Assembly: GCF_030028105.1 (NCBI RefSeq)
Contig: NC_092371.1
Coordinates: 240,344,501 to 240,408,500, forward strand
Length of the DNA stretch: 64,000 bases
From: Mobula birostris
Taxonomy: Eukaryota
Reading direction: 5' to 3'
Under the pieces are notes generated by a model. It did not search any database, was not told where the DNA came from, and saw only the letters and a list, made by a program, of their open reading frames with translations. Both the position numbers and the translations under genes were made by a program. Shown here piece by piece: positions 36,986-48,274 of this stretch (the first letter of the stretch is position 1; each line of letters begins with the position of its first letter).

Positions 36986-39230
36986 AAGAGCCCAATATAA
37001 TATCATAAGTTGCTGGAATTCCAATTCCGTTTATGATTGGGATGGGGGCAACCACATCCACACTCGATCGGGAAATAGCATTGGAAAAGGGATTCCAGCT
37101 ATCAGACGCTACAATCACTCTGTCTGGGTTCGATGGTACGGAACGTACCCAGCCATTGCAGGTAGAATTCCAGGGGGACCCAGTGTGAGGTTTCATTTAC
37201 AGCCACCACCCGTCTGGGATGTAATCTAGCAGGGAGTGGCTTGCTCTGTCTGTTGGAAGTCGAGATTCTATGCACAGACAAGGGTATCACCCTGGGACTT
37301 GTGAACAACCGACGGCTTCTCCAGTTACCGACCCTTCCAGTGGTGGGCACTTAACCCGGACTCCACTTCATTTGGACCCCCTCTGCCAGTGGTCAACCCC
37401 ATGTGACCCTGTGCTATGACCCTACGGGGTGCACCACTGAGGAAAGTCAATATTATGCACTGCTCGAAGGACAGAAGTTCCCAGTCACAGTGATTGGAGA
37501 GATTAAAGGAAGAGAGGGCAGTGCATTACTGGCTGAAGTTCCGGATTTCCTTTGGCGACAGACAGGACTGCTGGTTCCCCATTCCACCATTAGGGTTTGC
37601 CCTGGGTTCAAGCCAAAGAGCCTAGGGTTTCTTGCCTACACCCTGACGAAATAAGCCTCCAGCACCAAGGGAGACTGGCAAGATTTGCCCGCAGGCCAAC
37701 TCCGATACTGGAAGGAGTCTGAGGTGAAGATGAGACATCTGGTAAGACACTCTTTTAATATTGACTGAACCCAAGACATTGTACCCCATCTCTGGGCAAT
37801 TTCAGGCCACGAAGTCGGCCGCACCAACTGCGCCCCCCCCCCCCATCCGGATCACTGTGAAAGGAGGACAGACTCTCCCATCCATTCCGCAATACCCCCT
37901 CAAGCCCGAGGCAACGTTTTATGAGGATGGAAGCTCTTTTGTGGATCCAGCAGGAAAACAATAGTGATGGACAATGAAGTAAGCCTCTTTTGAAGCAGCT
38001 GTCTCCGCCCAGAAAGCCGAGTTGTTTGCTCTGACTTGTGCCTGTACCCTAGCCACAGACAAAAGTGCCAACGTTTACACAGACTCCCGTTATGCATTTG
38101 GAATTGTACATGACTATGCGGCTCTCTGGGAACATGGGGATTCCAGACTTCCTCTGGCCACCCCATTAGTAATGCCACCTTTGTACTCACCGCTGTACAG
38201 CTACCTGTGCTCATTATTAAATGTGCGGCCCACATCCGCTTGCCCGACCAGGTCACTAAAAGCAATGTTAGCAGATTAGACAGTGAAAAGTGCGGCACAA
38301 TCCTCGGTAGTTGTAGTCCCCTCGGGTTCCAAGACTTAAGCAGAATGGGTTTGCCAGACATGCAGGAGGTACATATTTTTCAGGGGGACGCCTCTGAGGA
38401 GGAGTGCAAACTGTGGTCCCAGTTGGGGTGCCAGAAAGACCCTGACCTAGGTTTTTGGATCACCCCAGCGGGACAGGTTTGTGCTCCTACACAGTTTTTA
38501 ACCAGTATTGGTTGAGTATGTACATAATTGTACACATTTGGAAAAGGAGGGAATGGTTGGTAACCTGTATCCTGCACACCGGGTACGACTCCCTTGCCAG
38601 GTGGACCTTTTTCGTGTCTACAAGTTGAATTTATTGAATTACCTAGAGTACATTGCTATAGATACTGCTTAGTTATTATAGATGTGTTTAATAGATGGAC
38701 TGAAGCTATTCCAACTCCAATAATATTGCTATGAGTTGTGAAGGTATTATTATGGGAAACAATTCCCAGGTACGGCCTGCCAGAGACGCTGAGCTCTGTC
38801 AATGGCTCACACTTTGTGGTGAAAGTAAACTAAGGGGTATGTAACGAACTAGCTATCAAGCAACAACTCCACTGTGTACACCACCCACGGGCCGCTGGCA
38901 TAGTGGAGAAAGCCAATGGCACTCTGAAGCGTAAAGGGGAAGAGATGGGAAAATATATATATGCCAACTAACCAAAATTTTCCAAGCATTACATTCACAG
39001 GTACGACAGACTACAAGGAAGAGAGCTACCCCGCAGAGAGGAGTGACTATCCCACCATAGAACCTGGGAATTTTATCCTGGTCAAGAACTGGGATCGAGG
39101 GAAACTTAGACCTCAGTGGAGAGGACCATATCAGGTGTAACTGACCACTCCCACGGCTGTGAAACTGAAGGGGCAATCTCGGTGGATACATCGAACAGAC
39201 TGCAACCGTGTTACTGCAGGAACTGAGAAG
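36980..39230 (+). pseudogene. pol: ERV pro-pol (protease, putative 2H module, RT deleted, RNase H, integrase)
   Basis: IPFMIGMGATTSTL (mutated DTGA) and CNLAGSGLL. QYPLKPEA is joined directly to FYEDGSS. NVYTDSRYAFG; LVIIDVFNRWTEA; GIVEKANGTLK; WRGPYQV*LTTPTAVK. Confidence 0.88.
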
Positions 39231-39253
39231 AAGGACTCTTGGACTAAAGGAAA

Positions 39254-40137
39254 ATGTATTGGTTGATAGTGGTGCTTGTGCTTATGCCTTGAGAGGACTC
39301 ACCCCAGCATCCGGGGACCCCCATGACAACACCGTTCTCTCTGTCACACCTATGCCAAACAGGTAGAACCAGGGGCCTGCTGGGTTTGTTCCGAAATTCC
39401 GCAGCATGGTAAAACTATGATCCCAATGTTGGTATCCCACTCAACCAGTGAGGAATTTTCAACCTGGGCTTTCTCAAATAACACCCGGGAAAGTGAGGTG
39501 AGGAACCGTGGTCCAGTCAGAGATGACTGTGGCTGTCAGTGTTTTGAGGGATGGTATCTCAGGCCCCCACCAAACGGAACTTCCTATACTGGGAAACATG
39601 CATCCTGGCCATACTTGCAGGTGCCCAGCAGCGGAGCAGTAAATGCCACCTGTTACTTTAATTTCCAGGGAGGGGAAGATGCAAGTTTTTCTGGGAAATA
39701 GCAGCTGTACCACCGATACCACTGCAGACCCTTCCCAACCAGTAAATAGCACCCACTGGGCATGTGGAAATCGGCCCTATGTATGGCTCCCAAGGGAAAC
39801 TGCCAGCAGATGGGATCCACAAAGTCCCAGCAAAGGTTGTTGTTATTTAGTACCCTACCTGATAGTTATAACTGAGACTGAACGATTTCCAATGATCATT
39901 TTTCCCTCCTATGGAGTAGCCAGGAATTCACGAGAGATAATCAGTTTGGCAGTAGCACTTGAGGAGCTGGCCAATAAAACTGCAGTGGCCCTGACAGAAA
40001 CACAGGCCCAAGTAACAGAAATATCCTCTGAAATGATTGCAATCCAGCAAACAGTCCTACAGAACCGGATGGCCTTTGATCTCATTCTGGCAGAAAAAGG
40101 AGGAACATGCGCCTTTGGGCCCGGAGATTTATCATGA
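39254..40137 (+). pseudogene. env: ERV env, gamma-type, frameshifted and C-terminally truncated
   Basis: Hydrophobic leader MYWLIVVLV, CWVC at 39378-39389, WACGNRPY, heptad repeat and immunosuppressive domain LQNRMAFDLILAEKGGTCA. Confidence 0.88.
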
Positions 40138-40156
40138 AATGATAAAAAGGAGGGAA

Positions 40157-40720
40157 TGAGGAATTGAGGATATATTAAAAAAAATCATTTTGAATATAAG
40201 TAACCTCTAGCTAAAAGAATAATTGGGACTGAACAGGAAATTTTGAACTGAAGTAAACTCTGTCTTCAGCAGTTAGAAAAAAACCAGGTTATACGACTTT
40301 TCTCTTAATTAGCAGAGAGACATTCAGAATTGATAAGTGATATTGTACCCTCGTTTGTCTAGGGGAAGGGAGAACTCACTGATAAGGACAGGAATGAACA
40401 TCTGTCTGTAATTAAGTCAGAACCTTGAAAAGGGAATAATTGATAAGGACTGGACAGTACATCCATCTGTAATCAAACCTTGATTTAGCAGACTCTCTTA
40501 TCTAAGTAATTCAGTTTTGCACCAGCAGACTTGGTGGGCATACCAGTTCAAATAACATCTTGCAATAGTAATGTATGGGGCTTACTATGTATAAATATAT
40601 GGCTGTAACCTAACTTGACAGTCCACTTGTCAGATGATTGGCAGCACTGACATGCCTTCCCTTTGACAATTGGGTCTCAAACTCCTGCTGGAGAATGTGC
40701 AATACACTATGGTGACGATA
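40157..40720 (+). repeat. ERV 3' LTR (3' end uncertain)
   Basis: PPT AAAAAGGAGGGAA (40144-40156) followed by TG; repeated GATAAG motifs; TATAAA at 40590-40595. Confidence 0.7.
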
Positions 40721-40877
40721 AGAACGCAAACACGAGAAAATCTGCAGATGCTGGAAATTCAAGCAATACACACAAAATGCTGGTGGAAAGCAGCAGGCCT
40801 GGCCACCAGCATTTTGTGTGTGCTGCGTGTTGATGAGAAGCTGGTCTCCCGAGTTTTATTCAGATTCGACTTTAACA

Positions 40878-42900
40878 CCCGCTGCCCTCGGCTCTCCCCC
40901 CGGGCTCCCGCTGCCCTCGGCTCTCCCCCCGGGCTCCCGCTGCCCTCGGCTCTCCCCCCGGGCTCCCGCTGCCCTCGGCTCTCCCCCCGGGCTCCCGCTG
41001 CCCTCGGCTCTCTCCCCGGGCTCCCGCTGCACTCGGCTCTCTCCCCGGGCTCCCGCTGCCCTGCCCTGTCCCCGGGCTCCCGCTGCCCTCGGCTCTCCCC
41101 CCGGGCTCCCGCTGCCCTCGGCTCTCCCCCCGGGCTCCCGCTGCCCTCGGCTCTCCCCCCGGGCTCCCGCTGCCCTGCCCTGTCCCCGGGCTCCCGCTGC
41201 CCTCGGCTCTCTCCCCGGGCTCCCGCTGCACTCGGCTCTCTCCCCGGGCTCCCGCTGCCCTCGGCTCTCTCCCCGGGCTCCCGCTGCCCTCGGCTCTCTC
41301 CCCGGGCTCCCGCTGCCCTCGGCTCTCTCCCCGGGCTCCCGTTGCCTTCGGCTCTCTCCCCGGGCTCTCGCTGCCCTCCCCTGTCCCCGGGCTCCCGCTG
41401 CACTCGGCTCTCCCCCCGGGCTCCCGCTGCCCTCGGCTCTCCCCCCGGGCTCCCGCTGCACTCGGCTCTCCCCCCGGGCTCCCGCTGCCCTCGGCTCTCT
41501 CCCCGGGCTCCCGCTGCCCTCGGCTCTCTCCCCGGGCTCCCGCTGCCCTCGGCTCTCTCCCCGGGCTCCCGCTGCCCTCGGCTCTCTCCCCGGGCTCTCG
41601 CTGCCCTCCCCTGTCCCCGGGCTCCCGCTGCCCTCGGCTCTCTCCCCGGGCTCCCGCTGCACTCGGCTCTCCCCCCGGGCTCCCGCTGCCCTCGGCTCTT
41701 CCCCCGGGCTCCCGCTGCCCTCCCCTGTCCCCGGGCTCCCGCTGCCTTCGGCTCTCCCTCCGGGCTCCCGCTGCACTCGGCTCTCTCCGCGGGCTCCCGT
41801 TGCCCTCGGCTCTCCCTCCGTGCTCCCGCTGCCCTCCCCTGTCCCCGGGCTCCCGCTGCCCTCGGCTCTCTCCCCGGGCTCTCGCTACCCTCCCCTGTCC
41901 CCGGGCTCCCGCTGCCCTCGGCTCTCTCCCCGGGCTCCCGCTGCCCTCGGCTCTCCCTCCGGGCTCCCGCTGCACTCGGCTCTCCCTCCGGGCTCCCGTT
42001 GCCTTCGGCTCTCTCCCCGGGCTCCCGCTGCCCTCGGCTCTCTCCCCGGGCTCCCGTTGCCCTCGGCTCTCTCCCCGGGCTCCCGCTGCCCTCGGCTCTC
42101 CCCCCGGGCTCCCGCTGCCCTCGGCTCTCTCCCCGGGCTCCCGCTGCCCTCGGCTCTCTCCCCGGGCTCCCGCTGCCCTCCCCTGTCCCCGGGCTCCCGC
42201 TGCACTCGGCTCTCCCCCCGGGCTCCCGCTGCCCTCGGCTCTCTCTCCGGGCTCCCGCTGCCCTCGGCTCTCTCCCCGGGCTCCCGCTGCCCTCGGCTGT
42301 CCCCGAGCTCCCGCTGCCCTCGGCTCTCCCCCCGGGCTCTCGCTGCACTCGGCTCTCTCCCCGGGCTCCCGCTGCACTCGGCTCTCTCCCCGGGCTCCCG
42401 CTGCACTCGGCTCTCTCCCCGGGCTCCCGTTGCCCTCGGCTCTCTCCCCGGGCTCCCGCTGCCCTCGGCTCTCTCCCCGGGCTCCCGCTGCCCTCGGCTC
42501 TCTCCCCGGGCTCCCGCTGCCCTCGGCTCTCTCCCCGGGCTCCCGCTGCCCTCGGCTCTCTCCCCGGGCTCCCGCTGCCCTCGGCTCTCTCCCCGGGCTC
42601 CCGCTGCCCTCGGCTCTCTCCCCGGGCTCCCGCTGCCCTCGGCTCTCTCCCCGGGCTCCCGCTGCCCTCGGCTCTCTCCCCGGGCTCCCGCTGCCCTCGG
42701 CTCTCTCCCCGGGCTCCCGCTGCCCTCGGCTCTCTCCCCGGGCTCCCGCTGCCCTCGGCTCTCTCCCCGGGCTCCCGCTGCACTCGGCTCTCTCCCCGGG
42801 CTCCCGCTGCCCTCGGCTCTCTCCCCGGGCTCCCGCTGCCCTCCCCTGTCCCCGAGCTCCCGCTGCCCTCCCCTGTCCCCGAGCTCCCGCTGCCCTCGGC
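40878..42900. repeat. GC-rich minisatellite, 29-bp unit, ~70 copies
   Basis: Consensus CGGGCTCCCGCTGCCCTCGGCTCTCTCCC; the 29-aa periodicity of the spurious ORFs equals 3 x 29 nt. Confidence 0.98.
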
Positions 42901-42960
42901 GCCCCTCAGCCACCCACCCTCCCGCTGCCCCTGAGGTATTTTCGCCCCCGGCCCACTCAC

Positions 42961-43010
42961 CGCTTCAAACTGCGCCCCGGCTGCGAATTCGCGCGTTCAA
43001 GCTGCGCGCC
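42961..43010 (-). other. ESCO2: Probable ESCO2 non-coding exon 1 (5' end undefined)
   Basis: Strong donor GCG|GTGAGT at 42961/42960 inside a CpG-rich region. The ATG exon has its own acceptor, so an upstream exon is required. Confidence 0.7.
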
Positions 43011-43772
43011 TTCTGCATCGATCTGCCTCCGGGCCTCGCTCATTGGACGCGCCTGACGGCTCTCCCTCACCAATTGGTCTGCCGAAGTGTCAGTCAGAAG
43101 TCCAGGTCCCGCCCCTGGTGTGCCGCCAGTGCCGCCGCCGCCGCGCCGAGTTGATCTGACAAAGTCTGAGGTTGGAGTGAAAATTGCGGAATCCACGTTG
43201 ACTTTAAAGCAGAAATCAAATGAGAAAATAAGTGTCATTTTTAGGAGCAAAATTACCTCTTAATTGTTTTAATTTCCCTCTCCCTTTCTAGTCCTTATGA
43301 AACAGCTCATCCCTCTCTGCCATCCGATTTCAGAACGGACATTACCCATAAACGCCACCTTTTTATTTCTATTTTTGTACTACTTATTTAATTTAATTAT
43401 TTAAAACATATAAACTTACTGTAATTCGTGTTTTTTTTCCTATTATTGCATATTCTACTCCTGCCGCAAAGACAACAAATTTCACGACATATGCTGGTGA
43501 TCTCGAACCAGATTCTGATTTAGATTGGTATTAAAGCAAGGAAGCGAAAAGTAACTGCAGAGATTAAACCAGCAGGATTGCGCAGGGGAAAACGAGAGGT
43601 TACGTGACGAGCATTGTAAACACTATTCACATAAGGCGCATCAGTGTAAATTCATTAACATATCTTGGTATTCCTACAAGTCCCAGGGCGCCCCGCGGTG
43701 ATCACGTGGGTCTCCCTCACCGTCCCGGACTCTCGGCGTCTGGAATCACCGCTGCTGTTGTCTGCTGTGGAA
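42964..43772. promoter_or_regulatory. ESCO2/CCDC25 divergent promoter region
   Basis: CHR-like TTTGAA (minus, 42964-42969) and CTTGAA (42996-43001); E2F-like TTCGCGCG (42988-42995); two CCAAT boxes on minus (43042-43046, 43073-43077); E-box CACGTG (43703-43708). Confidence 0.7.
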
Positions 43773-43797
43773 ATGGTTTATTATTTCACCAGTAATG
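43773..43797 (+). CDS. CCDC25: CCDC25 coding exon 1
   Basis: ATG GTT TAT TAT TTC ACC AGT AAT G|gtgag = MVYYFTSN. Confidence 0.93.
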
Positions 43798-44449
43798 GTG
43801 AGTACTCGATGGTGTCGGCACGGCCAGCACCCGCCCGCAACCTCACTCATTACTTGACAGAAACGTTTCAGACGTTGATTAGCCCCAATGGCAAGTAGGA
43901 GCTCGGGGGGCTAATCACGGCCTAGTGCTGGTTGTCGTTGCAGTAAATGGAATAGAGTCTTCATTTCCTTGCACAATATCGTTTTATTGCCTTTAATTTC
44001 TCATTTCTGTGTGTGTGCGGAGTCAAATGATTAGACTCGGAGTAAAGACGTAGGACTGGGTACGTTTTAACTTTTGAATATATTTACTACTTCAAACATC
44101 GCAAATATTCAAATAAGAAACAGCTGGTTAATCAATAAATACTGTAACCCTGGCCATGGTAACTAAGAGGCCTGGTGTTGTAGTTACTGAAATTGAATGT
44201 TAATCTTGCGCAAAGTCGTTTCAGTTGTGTACGTGGGAAGTCAAATGATTAGACTCGGAGTAAAGTGGTAGGACGTGGTACATTTAAATCTTTGCAAACA
44301 GTTGAATACTTGTTACTGGTTAATCAATAAATTTTGTCATTTAAACTGTGGGCCTAGTATTGGCTGTAGTTATAGTAACTGGAAACGATTCTTCCTTCAT
44401 CTTGCGTTTGAGGAGTGGTTCTACTGATTCTCTTATTCTTGTAATGGAG

Positions 44450-45735
44450 TTATAGAAAAGTAGAGGATAGAAATAAGCACTTTGGCCCATTAAGTCTATG
44501 CCGAAACATTTAAACTGCCTACTCCCATCAACCTGCACTTGGATCATTACTATCCATACCCCTTCCATCCATGTACCTATCCAAATTTCTCTTATATGTT
44601 GAAATTGAGTTTGCATGCACCACTAGCACTGGCAGCTCATTCCACACTCTCACAGCCCCGAGTGAAGAAGTTTCTCCTCATATTCCCCTTAAACTTTTCA
44701 TCATTTCTCTTTGATCCATGACCTCTAGTTGTAGTCCCATCCAACTTCTGGAAAAAGCCTGCTTGCTTTTACTATCTATACCCCTCATAATTTTATTTAC
44801 CTGTTTCAAATTTCCTCTCCATCTTCTGCGCTCCAAGCTTCAGGCATGCTGAGAGCCACACTCACGTCTCCATCTACATCAACGGAGCTGTAGTGGAGCG
44901 TGTATCAAGCTTCAAGTTCCTTGGTGTCCACATTTTCAAGGATCTCACCTGGTCCCTGAACTCCTCCATCCTGATCCAAATGGCGCAACAGCGCCTTTAT
45001 TTCCTGCGGATCATCAAGAAAGCTCACCTCTGTCCCAGGATACTGACGGACTTTTACCGCTGTACCATTGAGAGCATACTCACCAACTGCATCTCAGTGT
45101 GGTATGGCAATTGTCTCGTATTGGACCACAAAGCTCTCCAGCGTGTGGTGAAAACTGCCCAGCGGATTATCGGCATCCAGTTGCCCACCATTGAGAACAT
45201 CTACCATAAATGCTGCCTGGGCAGGGCGAAAAGCATTATCAAGGATGCATTTCACCCTAACCATGGACTTTTTACTCTCCTCCCATCGGTAGACGCTACA
45301 GGAGCCTCCACTCCTGCACCAGCAGCCACGGGAAGAGCTTCTTCCCTGAGGCTGTGACACTGCTGAACCTCTCATCACAGCGCTAAGCAATATTGCACCC
45401 ATATTGTACTGTCTCAGTACTTTTATATTTGTGTGCTGTAGCACGCACTTTATATTTGCAGTTATTTTGTAAATTACACTATTCTTTGCATTTCTGGTTA
45501 GATGCTAACTGCATTTCATTGGTTTTGTATCTGTACTCGGCACAATGACAATAAAGTTGAATCTAATCTAATAAAGTCCTGACCTATTTAACCTTTCCTC
45601 ATAACTCAGGTCCTCTAGACCTGGTAACATCCTTGTAAATTTTCTTTGCACTCTTTCAGCCTTGTTTACATCTTTCCTGAAGGTAGGTGACCAAAACTGC
45701 ACACAATACTCCCAAGTTAGCCCTCACCAAACTTT
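44450..45735 (-). mobile_element. CR1 3' fragment interrupted by a Rex1/Babar-type LINE
   Basis: CR1 tail at 44450-44837, continuing at 45573-45735. Confidence 0.75.
44838..45572 (+). mobile_element. Rex1/Babar-type LINE 3' end
   Basis: ORF 44893-45357 FKFLGVHI...QQRLYFLR...FYRCTIESILTNCISVWYG; AATAAA followed by an (AATCT)n tail. Confidence 0.85.
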
Positions 45736-48274
45736 TGAATACTTGTAAATGGTTAATCAATAAAACTTTACCTAAACCATTGTAAGTAATGGGCCTAATT
45801 CTGGTTGTAGTTACAGTAACTGGAATTGAATCTTTCTTCATCTCCTTGCATTTGGGCAAAGTGGTTTTATTGTTTTTAATTTGTGTATATAGGAAGTCAA
45901 ATATTAATCATAGTCATACTTTATTGATCCCGAGGGAAATTTGGGAAGTTAGATTTGAAGTGAACTGGTAATATTTGGTACTTTATAATTTTTATAAGTT
46001 TTTGAATACTTCAAATAGTTATTACTGGTTAGTCAATAAATGTTGTAACCTAGACCCTGGTGGCTAATTGTTACCAAGTGCTACTTCACTTCAAAGCTGC
46101 CAGGCATTTATTTATTTATTGAGATACAACGCAGAACTGGCCCAGCAATCCCTTGATATTAATCCTAGTCTAATCACCGGGCGATATACAAGGATCAATG
46201 AACATACCAACTAGTGCGTCTTTGGACTGTTGGTGGGGGTGGTGGCTGGAGCACCTGGAGGAATCTCATGCGGTGGAGAATGCACTGTAAAGCATTGTGC
46301 TAACCAGTACGCTGCTATACTTTATAAGTGCCCCGAAAAATCCTGGTCCCTCCTTTTGAAGCCAGTTTTTCCTTGCCTGTTATCAAAATTGGACAATGAT
46401 ACTAAGCCAGGAGAAACTCACTGGGTCCTGCAGCATCTGTGGAGGGAACAGATATATGGAGCTTAGAAAAATACAGGGCTATGTGCTAGGGATATTCTAG
46501 GCAGTTTCTAGAGTAGGTTACATGGTTGGCATAACATTGTGGGCCAAAGGGCCTGTAATGTGCTGTAAATTTCTATGTTCTAAGTTCTGTGCTACATCAA
46601 ATGCATTAGACGAGGTTCATGTGAATCCTTGCCTCATTTCAACTTCTAACGGAAGTTTGGATAGGTACATGTATGGTAGGGCTATGGTCCCAGTGCAGTT
46701 TGATGGCGTAGACAGTTTAAATAGTTCCACATGTACCTGATGGGCTAAAGGACTTGTTACAGTGCTGTATTTTTCTGTGATTATTCTGTGTGTATTTTTA
46801 AGGCCCTGGATGGCAGTTAGGTATAGGAACTTCCTATGTGCCATGGCTGGGTGTGGGTAAGAAGTAGTTGGGAAGGGATAAGCAAACCAGGGATTAAAGT
46901 TTCACCTGTCACCTACTGAGCCCTGTCTCAACCCTCCTCATGTCATTATACCACTTGCCTTCAGTCCTGCTACAGGGTCTTGACCAAAACCAGCTGACAA
47001 TTCTTTCTGTCCACAACTGTAGCTCGATCTACTGAGCTTCTCCAGCGATTTATTTCTTGCTTCAGAACGCAGCGTTTGCAGTCTCTTGAGTTTGAAAAAT
47101 AGGAAAGCTGAGTACGTTAAATGTTGAAAGCTATTGGTATCCCTGTACACAATGCACTGAAAGTAAGCAAACAATCAGGAATACAAGTTGTTTTATAGGA
47201 GCCATGTATCTGTTTTCTATCTGTATTGTCTTTGGTGTTGTGCTTTTATTATGGTTGGGGGTGTGGTAGAAGCAAAGAGTTTAGTTACATATTCATGCTT
47301 TGACTTTAGTTCATTCTAGTTTAGGTAGAGATGGGGAGTGGGCCAGGAGTGGTATCTTCTGTGCTGAGCACTTAAATACCCTCAAACACGTTTATGAACT
47401 CTTGGTTTAAGCATGTTCAAATAGGTTGACTGGTTATATTGTTTTAGTTTCATTAGTTTTTGTCATTACAAGATTGTTTTCCTGGTTTCTTGATAAAGGA
47501 TGGAATGTATTCTTTGACTTTACAACTTTATTGGATAGATAGCAGATCCTACAATATCAACCCCCCCCCCCCCCGCCTACGTTTAGTTTCTGAGTGGTTC
47601 TGGTTTGATTTTGAGTGATTGCTACATGTTTGTTGGCTTTTATTTCAGTAGGCATAGAGAACAAGAGTGGAGTTGTCACATACCATTTGTAGAGACTCAT
47701 GGTGCTACTCTGTACCTGTCATTAACAGGAGTCACAAAGGTTCACCAGTTGATTGCTGAAATGGTGGGCTCATTATATGAGGCTGTTAATAGACTAGGCC
47801 TCCTACTGTTGGGTTGAGGAAAGGGTGTATGTGTGTGGGTTGATTGAATTGAAATGTACAAGTTTCTTACGGGGCACGATAGGGTAGATGCAAAGCTGAT
47901 ATCTCTCCTGGCTTAATTGTCTAATACCTTAGATTACAGTCTCCAATCATGACCAGACAGTCCCTGAGTTAAAGTGTTTTTTTAAGAAGTCTTCACTCAG
48001 TGAGTAATGAATCTTTGGTATTCTCTACTAGGAAAGTTATGGAAGCTGTAAGTCATGATAACAAGGAATAGTGGGTTACAGCCAGAAGGTGATACTGAGT
48101 TGAAGATGATCCATATCTTATTGATGTCAGATCAAGGATGAGGGATTGAATCTGTCATAAATGTCCAATTAAACAGTACTGAGGAGTAGTTAAAATATTT
48201 TAAGGCAATGAACTGCTGTTTTTGTGCTCAATTGAGTTGTATCTCTCAGAACCTCTCATGGTCCCAGAACAGAT

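Larger units (their letters stand above)
33719..40720 (+). mobile_element. Decayed endogenous retrovirus (gamma/epsilon-like): gag-pro-pol-env-3'LTR, 5' LTR missing
   Basis: Ordered remnants of MA (WPLGGTW), late domains, CA, protease, RNase H, integrase with GPY module, env CWVC and ISD, then polypurine tract and TG-initiated LTR. Confidence 0.93.

Noticed and set aside
40878-42900. CRISPR array (29-bp repeats)
   Set aside because: Units are head-to-tail with no unique spacers, there are no cas genes, and the locus is a vertebrate intron.
40670-43154. Seven long overlapping ORFs (306-778 aa) on both strands
   Set aside because: Artefacts of a stop-free 29-bp minisatellite; all frames cycle through the same 29-aa pattern and there is no evidence of coding.
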